A stretch of 64,000 nucleotides of DNA from Paramoeba atlantica (Eukaryota > Protista > Discosea): NCBI GenBank assembly GCA_977017575.1, contig CDRNVI010000037.1, forward strand, positions 310,001-374,000, written 5' to 3'. The notes under the pieces were generated by a model. The model saw only the letters and a list, made by a program, of their open reading frames with translations. It was not told where the DNA came from and searched no databases. The position numbers and the translations under genes are program-made. Within the stretch, counting starts at the first letter, position 1, and each line of letters opens with the position of its first letter. Below are positions 1-13,247 of the stretch, one piece after another.

Positions 1-17
1 CACTTCCAGGAATTGTT

Positions 18-3000
18 TTGGAAAAACTTCCACAAACACTTTCGTGTTTGTTAATGAAGGAAAAAGGGCCACAAAATATATTTGCTACGCAAGAATTGCT
101 GCAAAAGAAAGAATTTCACACAAATACCTCCCGTCAGATTCACGTGCAGCGCTCGGGCACCGATTTAGAAAAATCTCTGAACTTGTGCGATTTTCTTGCT
201 CCACCCCCTGCCGTTCCTCTTCGCATTCTTGTGCAATCGTTGCGTTGGGCAGAGACCTCTGAGCTTCGTAAATCAGGTTACACAAATCTTCTCCCGTTCC
301 TAATTGATCACCCCGAAAGGTACACCCTACGTTTCTCTGAGCAAGATCGTCAGGTCACCCAAACAGCCGATGACACAAAAAAAGAGCTTGAAAGTACACA
401 AAGCTCTGTAGCAAAAACTGTTATAGCAGAAACATCTTTATCCCATTCGCACAATTCATTCTTTTCAGACGAAAAAGAGAGCGGAAAGTGTTTATCAAAA
501 AGGAGTTCTGAAAATCCTTCTTCCCACTCCGATTTACTATGTGTTGTGCAATCCACCCCGCTGCTAAGTTACCGTCGCACTTTGCTTCGAATGCTTGCGA
601 GAGGTCAACACTGGACTCCTATCCGAAGTTTTGTTCCCCTTTTTTGGGTTCCCTTGATTGCGGTCGAGAAAGCTCTTCCTTCGCATGTTTCAATGCTCTA
701 TCATCGATGTGATGGCATCAACGGATTGTTGCACGTCGGGAGTGGAGTACTGTTGGGAGAAATTCGAAGTGCGTGGCGTAAAAGAGCTCTTATTCTGATA
801 AGAAAGTTGGAGATGTCACCCACGAATGGGAATGAACGTGCGGAAAAGGAAGGTGAAAGCGTAAAGCACAAGGACATTAAAGAAATAAATGGAAAACGTC
901 TACATTCAGACGAACGCGTTAAAGAGCCTTTGGGAGATTCCTCGAGAAGACTTTCAAAGGTTGAGGAAGATTCTCAGTTCGCAGATTATCTTCTTACACC
1001 GAAACTTCTGAATTCTATCTCGTATCTTCTTCCGCCGAACGGCTTCATTACCATAGGTGCACTACGATATCAGTTACGTCAGAAAGGAATGAAATTTGGT
1101 GGAGATCGGACGTCAGCGAAGAACTCCGTTTCAATTCGCAAATACTCCGAACAAACCAAACCAATCAGTGACCCACAATCTTCAGTGTACAAGTCGGATG
1201 CATCCTGCTTTAGTCCTGCCCACTCCGCATGGCCACTCGATCTTATTCTTGCATTTCGCCCCGATTTATTCGAGTGTTGTCCTGCACAAGGAGTACGAAA
1301 GCGACACGCTCTTGTGGAGAAAAATAACATAAAATCACGGGAAAATACGAAAAACGCAGAATTGGCATTTTTTCGTCCACCTGTAGGGGAACGTATTACG
1401 GCTACACTTTCTCATGTAAACCCGTGCATTCGCGTTGCATTTTCAAAAACGTTGAAACGTCAAGAATATAAAGCCATTGCGCTTCGACATGGGGCACATT
1501 ACAGCGAGAACGACATTGTAGAAAAAGTGTACAGCTTACTTCCTTCGAACTCAGCGCAGGATGGGATTAACTCTTCCTTTTCAAGGGCAAGTAACTCCTC
1601 TGCCAAAGCGGATTCTCGTTTCTTTCATGAAAGTTCCGACTTAAATGAGGCTGTACCCCTTGCCGTTATTTCGTCTCGTCTGCAAGGGCTTGCTCCTGGC
1701 ATGCTGGAACAGGTCTTGTTCCGCCACGATTCCCTTCGCGAATTCTTGAAAAGGTTTCCAACCAAATTTGCCTGGAAAAAAGTTCCCTCCTTAACTCCTG
1801 GAGTCGACATCTACGGAGTGCAACGCTATCGTAAACTTCCTTCGTCTCCTTCCACGTCGATCGAGAGCGTCCCGAATCCCTACTTCTGTGAAGAAAAAAT
1901 GTACCAAGCAGTGTACCAAACGTTTCCCCGACATTATGTTGGCAATCTTTCCGGTGGAACACCGAGTAATGCCGTAACCTCCGAAAACAACTCTCCTGAA
2001 GATAAGGCCTCCCCTTCACTCCACGATGCATTCGTCATGCAGAACGGACTGTCTCGCTCACATTCTCCCTCTAAAGAAGCTAAAAACGGCTCCATTTCCT
2101 GCCACGAATCCCGCAAAGGTCTTCCCCTACCTCAACTCATGGAGCGGCTCCCCGAGTTAGCCCGTGAGGCCCTGCATGGGTACTATGGTGGCGCCCAACG
2201 TTATTTCTCCAATCGCCCTCGCGACTATCGCATCGTAGAGACCCATCCCAGCCAGGCCTCTCTACGCAGTGAGTCTCAGACACAGAAATTAGGTAAAATC
2301 CGTCCCTCGGCCATGTTTGTCTACGTGGTTTATTTGAGAAATGTGAACCGAGGATTGCAGGAATCTGCGGTTCCCCCCTCACGCCATAAAACCCGGATAA
2401 AGACAAATGACGATGTTCATGTGGAGCCAAAGGAGGCCGAGAACAGGGGAAAACAGAATGTTTTGATGGACAAGGCTTCCAAAAGGAGGAATGAGGCGGC
2501 GGTTAATTTGAATTTGCTTGAAAGTCGCCCGGTAAAACCTAAAGCTTGCGATAAAAATCATTTTGAAAATCGCGATCACGGGTCCTCTGAAACGAAAACT
2601 GGTGTTTCTGAAACAAACGGGAGCTCAAAAAAATTAACAGCAAGTCCGCCCTTATTTCACATTTCTGATATTCTAAAGGGAAGCATGTCAGAGGATAATA
2701 CTTCTAGGGTCTTGTCTGAGCTTCTATTTCCGTCTTCTGTTGAGCAATTTGCTGAACAATATGTTATGCTTCATAAAATGTCACCAAATCTTCAACGTAA
2801 CACGTGTCCAAGAAAGGATATGCTGCGCACTGACTCTTGTGAGAATGATAAATTACCCGATACACGACTCGAAAATGCTACGAAAAGCGACTTCATAGAA
2901 GTAAAAACCGAAAACGTAGTGCACCGGAAGGAAGAAATGAACGTTTCGACCACACTGCATAACCCCTCTACGAATCCGTCTAGTGTAGAGGTAAATGGCA

Positions 3001-3368
3001 CAAGCTCAAATTCCTCAGTTGAAAACTTGAATATCAACTCCAATAAGAAAGTGTTGTCCCCTGTTTTGAGTTCTCCGAGCGCGAATTCTGGTTCGGGTGT
3101 TGCGCATAACTCAGCACCAGAACTCTATGCGACGGACTTTAGCTTAAGTAAAGCAACCAAAAGCATTTCAGGCTTACCCGTTCAATCTCATTTATCCAGG
3201 AATTCACAACACTTGTCGGCTACGCTGTCCCCGTATCTCAATGACACGTGGAGGTGTGAGTACGACCGGTACGTACGCCACACATTGCGCGGAGTGCTCA
3301 AGCCTAAGGGTGAGGAAGATATCGATTTGGATGATGACCTCGCCGAGGAAGGGGGAGATCTTCTGTAG
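18..3368 (+). CDS. Large hypothetical protein (frame open to the window start, probably 5'-truncated) with several LOTUS/OST-HTH-like winged-helix repeats; possible RNA-binding protein
   Basis: 1116-aa ORF. It has repeated segments such as VPLRILVQSL..LRKSGYTNLLPFLIDHPERYTL, VPLAVISSRL..DSLREFLKRFPTKF and LPLPQLMERL..YGGAQRYFSNRPRDYRIV, separated by S/N-rich linkers. Confidence 0.6.
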   Translation: MEKLPQTLSCLLMKEKGPQNIFATQELLQKKEFHTNTSRQIHVQRSGTDLEKSLNLCDFLAPPPAVPLRILVQSLRWAETSELRKSGYTNLLPFLIDHPERYTLRFSEQDRQVTQTADDTKKELESTQSSVAKTVIAETSLSHSHNSFFSDEKESGKCLSKRSSENPSSHSDLLCVVQSTPLLSYRRTLLRMLARGQHWTPIRSFVPLFWVPLIAVEKALPSHVSMLYHRCDGINGLLHVGSGVLLGEIRSAWRKRALILIRKLEMSPTNGNERAEKEGESVKHKDIKEINGKRLHSDERVKEPLGDSSRRLSKVEEDSQFADYLLTPKLLNSISYLLPPNGFITIGALRYQLRQKGMKFGGDRTSAKNSVSIRKYSEQTKPISDPQSSVYKSDASCFSPAHSAWPLDLILAFRPDLFECCPAQGVRKRHALVEKNNIKSRENTKNAELAFFRPPVGERITATLSHVNPCIRVAFSKTLKRQEYKAIALRHGAHYSENDIVEKVYSLLPSNSAQDGINSSFSRASNSSAKADSRFFHESSDLNEAVPLAVISSRLQGLAPGMLEQVLFRHDSLREFLKRFPTKFAWKKVPSLTPGVDIYGVQRYRKLPSSPSTSIESVPNPYFCEEKMYQAVYQTFPRHYVGNLSGGTPSNAVTSENNSPEDKASPSLHDAFVMQNGLSRSHSPSKEAKNGSISCHESRKGLPLPQLMERLPELAREALHGYYGGAQRYFSNRPRDYRIVETHPSQASLRSESQTQKLGKIRPSAMFVYVVYLRNVNRGLQESAVPPSRHKTRIKTNDDVHVEPKEAENRGKQNVLMDKASKRRNEAAVNLNLLESRPVKPKACDKNHFENRDHGSSETKTGVSETNGSSKKLTASPPLFHISDILKGSMSEDNTSRVLSELLFPSSVEQFAEQYVMLHKMSPNLQRNTCPRKDMLRTDSCENDKLPDTRLENATKSDFIEVKTENVVHRKEEMNVSTTLHNPSTNPSSVEVNGTSSNSSVENLNINSNKKVLSPVLSSPSANSGSGVAHNSAPELYATDFSLSKATKSISGLPVQSHLSRNSQHLSATLSPYLNDTWRCEYDRYVRHTLRGVLKPKGEEDIDLDDDLAEEGGDLL

Positions 3369-3666
3369 AATAGCTACTGTATTCTTAGCTCTACATGTTG
3401 CGATGCCTTAAGGTCTGCGACGGACTACCGTTGGAGATCACTGGAGATCATTTTCGAGCATACGAAGCGCCTGCATGTGAAGCATTCGAAGCAGCTTCTA
3501 GTGTTGAAAATGGATTAAGTGAGACATTCGATTTTTTTTGAATTCAAAAAATTTGTCTAATTTTATTGTGAATCAATTTGACGAAATGCACCCGTTCTTG
3601 CAATCACTATACCTACAACTTCAGAAAACACAGTTTAGATTTTGTGTCTAACGATCTACTTTTAGC

Positions 3667-5078
3667 ATGATGGGCTCCATTATACTAACAAACAGCAGTG
3701 ATCTACCTGCTAGTTCTCGCCTGGGGAAAGTACGAGGGGCAATGCTTTCTCCTGATATACAAATGAACAATTTTGTCTCACGTGTTCGCTCCACTAAACA
3801 GCCTGACATGTTCAAAGAAACTTCCGTGTGTTCATGGTCAAGAGTTACTTGTGACGAACAGTCACAAGTCAAATCAATCAAATGGGATTTTCTAACGTTG
3901 AGCGGAAACCTTACATGGGAGTTTTTACCTTCCACAGTCACATGGCTTAAACTAGGTAATAATAATCTCACAGGTGTTCTTCCAACGGCACTCTTACCCG
4001 CAGAAATGTCCTACTTAAGCCTCCAGTATAATGCTTTTCATGGACGTTTTGATGCTACATGTCTACCCGTAGCACTAGAAATGCTCTGGTCAGCACACAA
4101 TTTTTTTTCTGGGGTACTTGATCTTACAGCGCTGCCTCCCGTGGCAAACACAATTTCTCTAATGCGAAATCAGTTTGAAGGCAAACTCGATTTAACGCTT
4201 CTACCCTCATCCTTGTTAGAGCTCTGTACCTTGTTGTTTCTGTACCTTGTTGGTACTTTTTCCTTAGTTCATCCTTTCTTTCCCCGGCAACGGGCATACT
4301 CTTACTGTATTTTCATGCCCGTTGCCGGCCGGCACTAAGGTCGGAACTGTCCCTCTTGTCGCTGAAGCAGGGGACGCGCTTTCACCACTTCACCCCTCCC
4401 CGACTCACTCCCCTGGAGTGAGTGTGCTTCCCCCTCTCGGCTTTTTTTCGACTTGTCTTTTTCCTCTCCGAGAGGGTCATGCGTCACGGTGGCCTCCCTT
4501 GAGGACCACTAGACGTGTCCTCCGCCGACGAGACTCGGCTCTCTGCACCTGGCGGTCGCCCAGCTCTCCGCACCTCGGCTCTGTCGCAGCTCTCTGCACC
4601 CGGATTGCCCCCGAAACTGTAATATGGGGATTACGCATCCGGCTCTCTGCACCTGCACATGACAACCGAGCTCTCTGCACCTGGGACGCCAGCTCTCCGC
4701 ACCCGCACACCTCCGGCGAGGACGAAACCTCACATGATCCACCCGTCGTATGCGGGATAAGGACATGGTGAGCAAATCTCTGCACTATAAGTGCATGATA
4801 AAACCTTGCATCACAATCAATTTTCAGGTGAGGTTGATCTGACGCATCTCCCCCCTCGGTTAAAAACCCTATACTTGATGCAAAATTTGTTGAGCGGTGA
4901 ATTAATTCTACAGAATCTTCCAAACTCTCTTCAGAACGTTCACGTCGGATCAAACAGTTTTGTTGGGGAAGTACAACTCAAAGATTTGCCTCCTCGTCTA
5001 CATACGTTGAATATTTCGAACAACAGCAAACCTTTGGAGATAAAAGGTGCACCGTCATCCGTCCGTGTTGTGCGTTGA
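3667..5078 (+). pseudogene. LRR-family gene split by a ~570-bp insertion (halves 3667-4233 and 4803-5078)
   Basis: The N-half has the SRLGKV motif, a CSWSRVTC cap and LPxxLxxLxLxxNxFxG repeats. The LRRs resume at 4803 (TLHHNQFSGEVDLTHLPPRL). Removing the insert restores one reading frame. Confidence 0.8.
4234..4802. mobile_element. Unclassified insertion inside the LRR gene
   Basis: Flanked by the direct repeat ACCTTG (4228-4233 and 4803-4808). GC-rich, with at least 6 copies of GCTCTC(T/C)GCACC. Confidence 0.6.
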
Positions 5079-5341
5079 AAAGCGTAACCTTGTTAAAAAC
5101 TTATTTAAAAAAAGATATTTTTCATTATTCACTAAAATGATTCATGACTACTGTGCATAATATTCCTTTCAAGCAATACCGTAGAAACGGAAATTAAGAT
5201 ATTCCATTCAACAGCGAATACACAATTAAACATTTTTCTCAATTCGAGAGAATTGTATTGCTATATCCGAAAAACAAATACAATATCTGATCTATCCCTC
5301 TAGATCATCTATAGTGGGGTTAAAACTCCTCCTCCATAGTA

Positions 5342-5707
5342 AACGGGGTCCGGTTTAGCATACCTCTGGCCTGGTGCCATACCGGGGGGTATGGTATCGT
5401 GACCCAGGGTCGATAGCATACCCCCCCCCTGGTTTTTCAGGCAGACAACATGTGATGTCGACTTCTTGTTCGAGGTGGCCCACGTAGATCATAACCCTAC
5501 AGAGCATTATTCGTTTATTTTCTTTACTATTTATCGCGTTTTTCACTTCTATGACTTTTATTGGTGATATTATTAACATCCACTGGTAACTTTTGCTGGT
5601 AATCACTTTTTTACAAATTTAGCGAAACCACTTACCATACCTGTGACCTGCTACCATACCTGTGACCTCGTACCATGCTGGGGGGGATGCTAAACCGGAC
5701 CCCCGTT
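5342..5707. mobile_element. MITE, Tc1/mariner-type (TA target)
   Basis: TIR AACGGGG(G)TCCGGTTTAGCAT at both ends, with TA on both flanks. Internal ACCATACCTGTGACC repeats are related to the element at 34856-38080. Confidence 0.8.
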
Positions 5708-5827
5708 TAATCTTTTAGTTGATTTCCGGAAATAAAGATTTTACAAACGAAATAATAAATTTTTTACATACGAAATAAAGATTTATAACAAGATTTAAAA
5801 AAACAATCGTAAAAAAAATTATTTTAA

Positions 5828-7708
<1,881 letters not shown>

Positions 7709-8178
7709 AAAATAGATAGTAAAGGGTGTGTGGAATAAAAGGTGTCCTTTTGTTGCTATTTTTAGTCAAAAAATATGAAATTAACATAGTGAATCGTGTT
7801 GAATTATTGTCATGATTGTCAAATTTGAGAAAGGATCAAAAGGGAAAAAACGTAAAATTAGCGAACATGCTGTGACTGCATGTGTTTTTGTTTATTTGCC
7901 AATTCTTTCAACTAAAGTTGAGTTTCACTATCTTTTGCTTGTTTTACATTTCGTATCTCCATTTTCATGAAGATATTAAAACCTGAGCTTTTTTATTATG
8001 CGTCTATCGTAAAACATTCATTCTTACACCATGTACCACCGTTTCAATGATTTATTATGTAAAACTATTTTTATCTCATTAGGCGCTTCCTGTAAATCTC
8101 GCTATGGACATCATTACAGGCTCATTGCAGTTTTAAAAGGAATACTACAAGTACATTATTTACAGCTACAACTTTACC

Positions 8179-8817
8179 ATGCTTATTCCTTGTGCTGACA
8201 CATCTATCTCTCGCAGCCGAGTTGCCCGAGTACGCATCCAATCACTTCCTCCCTCATTCCAACTTGCGCGCTTCATAAAAAACATATCGAACCCCTTAAT
8301 ATCATGGCATGCGGATAACGAACTAGGCAAGTGGGAAGGAGTTCAACGCCATCCTTTGAATTATTTATGTCAATGGCAAATTCTCTGGTCTGGTCGAAAG
8401 TTACAGGGAACATTTCCTGATTGGAGTTGTCTTCCGGAGACGGTGACGACACTGCACCTCGGAATGCGCACTACAATAGGGCTTACACATTACAACTACC
8501 TAACGGGGTCCGTAAACTTTGGAGCCTTACATCATAAACTTGAATATCTTTCCCTTTCTGGGAATTCATTTTATGGTACTTTCGACGCAGAACATCTCCC
8601 TTCTTCTTTGCACTGTCTTGAATTGGAGGATAACGATTTTGAGGGAATTCTATGTTTGGCCGCTTTACCCCGGAATATGTACAAAATTACCTTGCAAGGA
8701 AATCAGTTCTCTGGAAAAGTGTCGTTTGAGGCTCTTCCAAAGACATTACATAGACTTACGATTTCCACAGGAATGGATATTCAAGGCTCCATTCCTAGCT
8801 GTGTAGATTTTGCGTAG
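8179..8817 (+). CDS. LRR-family protein, 212 aa
   Basis: SRVARV motif, W.GV cap and LPxxLxxLxLxxNxFxG repeats. Confidence 0.85.
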   Translation: MLIPCADTSISRSRVARVRIQSLPPSFQLARFIKNISNPLISWHADNELGKWEGVQRHPLNYLCQWQILWSGRKLQGTFPDWSCLPETVTTLHLGMRTTIGLTHYNYLTGSVNFGALHHKLEYLSLSGNSFYGTFDAEHLPSSLHCLELEDNDFEGILCLAALPRNMYKITLQGNQFSGKVSFEALPKTLHRLTISTGMDIQGSIPSCVDFA

Positions 8818-8870
8818 ATTTTTATTTTGCCACGCTAAACAATTGTTTCTCACCTCTTTTTTTCTACCTA

Positions 8871-8915
8871 CTCCCCTGTTCAAAAAGAAGGAAAATGTAT
8901 TTTGATTGTTATTTT
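8871..8915. repeat. Stowaway-like terminal sequence TA|CTCCCCTG(T/A)TCAAAAA; second copy at 23186
   Basis: A ~45-bp similar sequence lies just downstream of two different LRR genes; the partner end was not identified. Confidence 0.4.
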
Positions 8916-9232
8916 CCTTTCTCCTTTTTTTGTACTTTCTTCATCTTTATCGGTCGTTTAAGTTCTTCTTCTCTTATACAATGGAGGGTTATTCCTTCCA
9001 ATGTAACCAAACTCAAGAGATCACAAAGTTCTGGGCCAGTGAGTATGCTACTCGCAAATCAAGCAAAACATACAGTCAGCTAAAAAACCTTTCGAATGTT
9101 TTGAATTTTTTTGTACACATCTATTGACTAAATAACACCGTTGCACTGGTAACTTGTTCTAGTAGTGTAGGCATGATTGTTACCTAATAGTACCCATAGA
9201 TAGTTCATCTCAGTTCGTTCTACCAAAGAAAT

Positions 9233-10126
9233 AATTTTCTTTTTTAGGCTCTTCGTTAAACGCGGTGGTTGCTTTCAACTTAGAAGTCACTCATGCTGCG
9301 CGCTTCGCGTTGAAAACTACCGCCGCGTTTAACGAAGAGCCTAAAAAAGAAAATTTAGCCTGGAAAACGGAAAGATTATAGCCAAAAATAGCCGAATTTC
9401 GGGTACAAATGGGGTCATTTTCGCATATTTTTGCTCTCAGAGAACTAAATCCGACATTTGCGCGTGGGAAATCACTCGCAGGCATGAATGAAAGCCTACC
9501 GAACGTATTGGGTAGAGAATGCGACTCCAACCATACCATTCTTTCGACACAAAAATGCCCCTTTAGGTCCGAAAAATACTTTTTCACCTTTTTTAGTCAA
9601 AAATGGGTCATTTTGGGGGGCGCACCACATTTCGAAGAAGTGATACCTTGCGAAAACAACTGCGGAGAAAGCTAGTGTAGGTCCCAAACTATCAAAATAC
9701 AACAGGGGAAACGATTTTGGAAAAATATTTTTTTTGTCATTTTTTTCGCCAAGTTGAAATTTTTTTCAAAATTTTTTTTCCGAAAAAATCCGAAATTGGC
9801 GGACCCGTCCTGCGGATACGCGGGGGGGTCACCCCCGGGTAGGGGGGTGGAAAATGCGCGCCAAGACCCCGGCTACCCTTTCTGCGGTTTTTTTTCGAAA
9901 AGTAATTTTTTCGAAAAAATTTGCTCGACCATGCCCCCCCCCCCTGGCCCCCCCCATGGACCCCCCATTTTTTTCAAAATTTTTTTTCAGTTTTGGACCA
10001 CCGGAGCCCCCTTTTATATTTTTTTCTTCTATTATATTACTGTGTTCCTCTTTATATTTTCACTGTTTTTGTTCACTTTTTTTTCAATAATCGAGTGTAG
10101 AGCGGTAGTTTTACAACCACCGCAAT
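9233..10126. mobile_element. Dispersed repeat family with a terminal hairpin (copy 1)
   Basis: 33-bp perfect stem at 9233-9355. The 9930-10126 segment is nearly identical to 17225-17420; other homologous parts lie at 30150-30240 and 50495-50790. Confidence 0.75.
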
Positions 10127-10445
10127 AATGAATATATACTCCCCCTCTCATTAATTTTAATAAATGACCTTCGGTATTTTTTTGCAAAAATTTATATTTC
10201 TACAAAAATTTTGTTCAATACAATTTTGTTCAGAGTCATATCCTTTTAAGTTTTTCTAAAGTACATTATTTCTATATCCCCGAAACGTTTGGACCGCACT
10301 TCGGACAACGGGCTTGGCTTTTATTTTTCCCCGCAGCGCATCGCTGATCACGAAGGAATTCGTAGAAATCAGCGCACAATCACGTTTGTGGAGACGAAAG
10401 GAAAGGAAGAATTTTCTCCAGAAAGTACAGATGTGCCTTTTGTAC

Positions 10446-13247
10446 CAGGGGTCCGAATAACTATAAAACTTTATTATAGGTACTTTAAAGTAACTATATT
10501 TATTTTTCCCTACCTTTATCTACCTTTATTTTTTTGTCAATGATTTACGCTGTAATCGTACTATTTTTGTGAAATTTTTCAATGCCTAGACCCTCAGATA
10601 GCAACCCAGAAAGTCGCGCTGAATTTGTTGAGTCTCACTATAAGGAGGTGGAGGCTGGAAAGCGGGTATATGAATGTCAACTCTGCAATGCACCGGACAA
10701 GCGGAAATTTTTTTGCGAAAAAGGTATTCGCACGTCATACTCTTCTGCCCTGAGCCATATAGAAAAGATTCATGAAAAAACATTCGAAGCATGGCTGCAG
10801 GAGAAGCGAGCCAGAAAGCGCGAGACGGAAAATACTGTTGACAGCTTGATGTCAAGTCCAATAAAGCTTTCGAAGGTGTTCGAAAAGATGATCAAATGGA
10901 AGTGTGATCATGGAGTGTCGAACGCGGCCATTCAGGATCCACTTTTCAAATGGTTGATGAACGTGGGTTCGTCCTTTGTACCTTGTGATAAAACAATAAA
11001 CAGTTTCACGCTCCAAGTAAAAGACAACTGCCGTGCTGAAATGAGCGCTCTCCTTCGTAATAAATTTGTAACAATTGCTGCAGACACTGGTACTTCCCAT
11101 GGTCGAACAACGTGTTCAGTATGCGTTCTGAGTTCTGGAAATGCCACAAGCTGGAGTCTGGCGGTAGTGGAAAACTTGGAAGCAGAAACGTTCAGACAAC
11201 TGTTCAACAATGTAATCGTTGAGCTTAAGAAATATCAAGTTAAAGTGGCTCACATCGTTACTGATGCCTTTTCCGCGATAAAGAAGGGCGCTCGCGAATC
11301 TGCTAAAGAATACAACGCGTCATACAGTGTGTGCTCTGTACATTCTTTGCAATTATGTATGGAATCAATTTTTAAAATAGAGAACAAAGAGCGCATAATA
11401 AGCATTGCACAGGATTGTCCCGGGTGGAAGGCACCCTGCATGACTCGCTGGTGGTCTACGTTAATTGAAGTAGAGAAGGTTTTGAAATGTGCATCATGGG
11501 AAGAGCACGCCAAAAAGGGTGAGCTGAAGGAATGGTTGGACCTTTTCAAGCCTTACCGCGCAATTGGTCGCATTATGGAGCGTGACCATTGTTCAGTTGC
11601 TTCAGGACTCCGCATGTGGCTAGCAGTTCAAAGTCAGGCTAAGCCATCCCACCGACTCATTTTATATGACCGCTTGATTCGTGTTTTGCGGGTAGAGCAC
11701 GTGATTATAGGAATACTATCTCCGCTGATAGAGTGGTCGTCAATGCACATTCGAAATATCCGAAACCTACGGGGGATTTGTCTCCCCCTTTTGTGCTCAT
11801 TGTCAGGCGACGTAAGCGGCAACTCCGAATACAAAGTGATCGATGAGGTGAATAAATGGTGTTGTGGTGATCATCAAAACGATGAAGTAGAAACTATCCG
11901 TCTATATAACGACAAAAGCTCTTTTCAATCATTTTGGTCGGATCTTGTGACCCGACATACGTTTCCCCTTCTGTCACACGTTGCTCGAAAATTGTCGGTC
12001 GCAGTTACTTCTGAAGCAGCCTGCGAGCGCATATTTAGCTCAGTAGGCTTTGTGCACTCCGATCTTCGCTCAAGACTGAAGCCTGAACTTGAGGCTGAAA
12101 CTGCCATTCGATGTCATGAAAAGCAACCTGTAGACGTCACAAATTGTGATGTGAGCAATTCTTCTACTATTTCTGAGGAACAGCCAGCTTCTATTGACAA
12201 TTGTCGCTTTGAAGACTTTATCAGTCACGATATGCTATCTACGAACGAGTTGCTTCTTGTAGAGTCACTCTTTGACGCTGGAGACCTCTGCGGAAGAATT
12301 CAAAATAAAACAAACCGATACCGAGTTGTGCACCGAAATACGAGATACTATCATCCCAAGATGGGGACGTGTGAAATTAACGGTATTAAACAAATAAAGT
12401 GCAAAAGCTCGACTGCTGAGATGGCGCGTGAAATTGTGCTGGATGTGGCAGCAATTCACTCGGACTTTCGTCTAGAAAGTGCGCAGTAAAAAGAACGAGC
12501 CGTGGCAGAGCCTTCTTTGGTAAAAAACTACGTAACCTGAGATTTTGAGTCTGTGCGTATTTTCTTTCGTTTTATTTTTAGCTTCTGACATTGTTGCATT
12601 CTGACTTTCGCCTAGAAAGCGAACAGTAAAATGAGCGAGCTGTGCGCAGAGCCTTCTTTGATAAAAATATTGCAACCTGAGATGTTGCGTTTCAATAAAT
12701 TTCGTCATTCATCCATACAACAAGAGGTAAACGTATAAACTATTTATACCTGTTTTTAACCTTATCGTGAGCAAATAAATGTATCTTTGCTTATGGTAAA
12801 ATGCTGTTGTTTTAGATGACCAGTCAATAATAATAAATTTCTTACTCTTCCTTTTGATAACATTGACTAATCTCTTCTTACACCTTCTCATTACTTTTGA
12901 TGCGCATGGCTTGTCAACGATGATTAGAGCAGGCCTGGAACGCCTGAAGTGTTTTCCACATCTGATGCTGATGAAACTTGATCGTCATGTTCTGCCTGAA
13001 AACTATAGCTCTGCAAGATTTTTTCTATATATATTTTAGGTAAGCAGAAAAACCATTCCCTCCAACAAGGCATACTCTCCCCGATCCGAGCACCCAGATT
13101 GCACAGATTTCCCACCGAAATTTCACAAAAAGTCGACCTCTAAAAATATAGGTACATAAAGCTTTAAAGGTACTATAGGTACTTTATAGTAACTATATTT
13201 ATTTTTTCTACCTATATATAAACTATATAAAGTTATTCGGACCCCTG
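10446..13247 (+). mobile_element. Complete autonomous hAT DNA transposon, 2802 bp
   Basis: 17-bp perfect TIR CAGGGGTCCGAATAACT; 8-bp TSD TTTTGTAC at 10438-10445 and 13248-13255; intact transposase inside. Confidence 0.95.
10582..12489 (+). CDS. hAT transposase, 635 aa
   Basis: BED finger (CQLC...HIEKIH), DDE motifs (IAADT, IVTDA, EAACERIFSS), CxxH (CSVHSLQL), TRWWS and a C-terminal dimerisation domain (FWS..FPLLSHVARK). Confidence 0.95.
   Translation: MPRPSDSNPESRAEFVESHYKEVEAGKRVYECQLCNAPDKRKFFCEKGIRTSYSSALSHIEKIHEKTFEAWLQEKRARKRETENTVDSLMSSPIKLSKVFEKMIKWKCDHGVSNAAIQDPLFKWLMNVGSSFVPCDKTINSFTLQVKDNCRAEMSALLRNKFVTIAADTGTSHGRTTCSVCVLSSGNATSWSLAVVENLEAETFRQLFNNVIVELKKYQVKVAHIVTDAFSAIKKGARESAKEYNASYSVCSVHSLQLCMESIFKIENKERIISIAQDCPGWKAPCMTRWWSTLIEVEKVLKCASWEEHAKKGELKEWLDLFKPYRAIGRIMERDHCSVASGLRMWLAVQSQAKPSHRLILYDRLIRVLRVEHVIIGILSPLIEWSSMHIRNIRNLRGICLPLLCSLSGDVSGNSEYKVIDEVNKWCCGDHQNDEVETIRLYNDKSSFQSFWSDLVTRHTFPLLSHVARKLSVAVTSEAACERIFSSVGFVHSDLRSRLKPELEAETAIRCHEKQPVDVTNCDVSNSSTISEEQPASIDNCRFEDFISHDMLSTNELLLVESLFDAGDLCGRIQNKTNRYRVVHRNTRYYHPKMGTCEINGIKQIKCKSSTAEMAREIVLDVAAIHSDFRLESAQ

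Noticed and set aside
4226-4802. Insertion in the LRR gene as a spliceosomal intron
   Set aside because: The GT at 4226 has no AG partner that restores the LRR register; the flanking direct repeat fits an insertion better.
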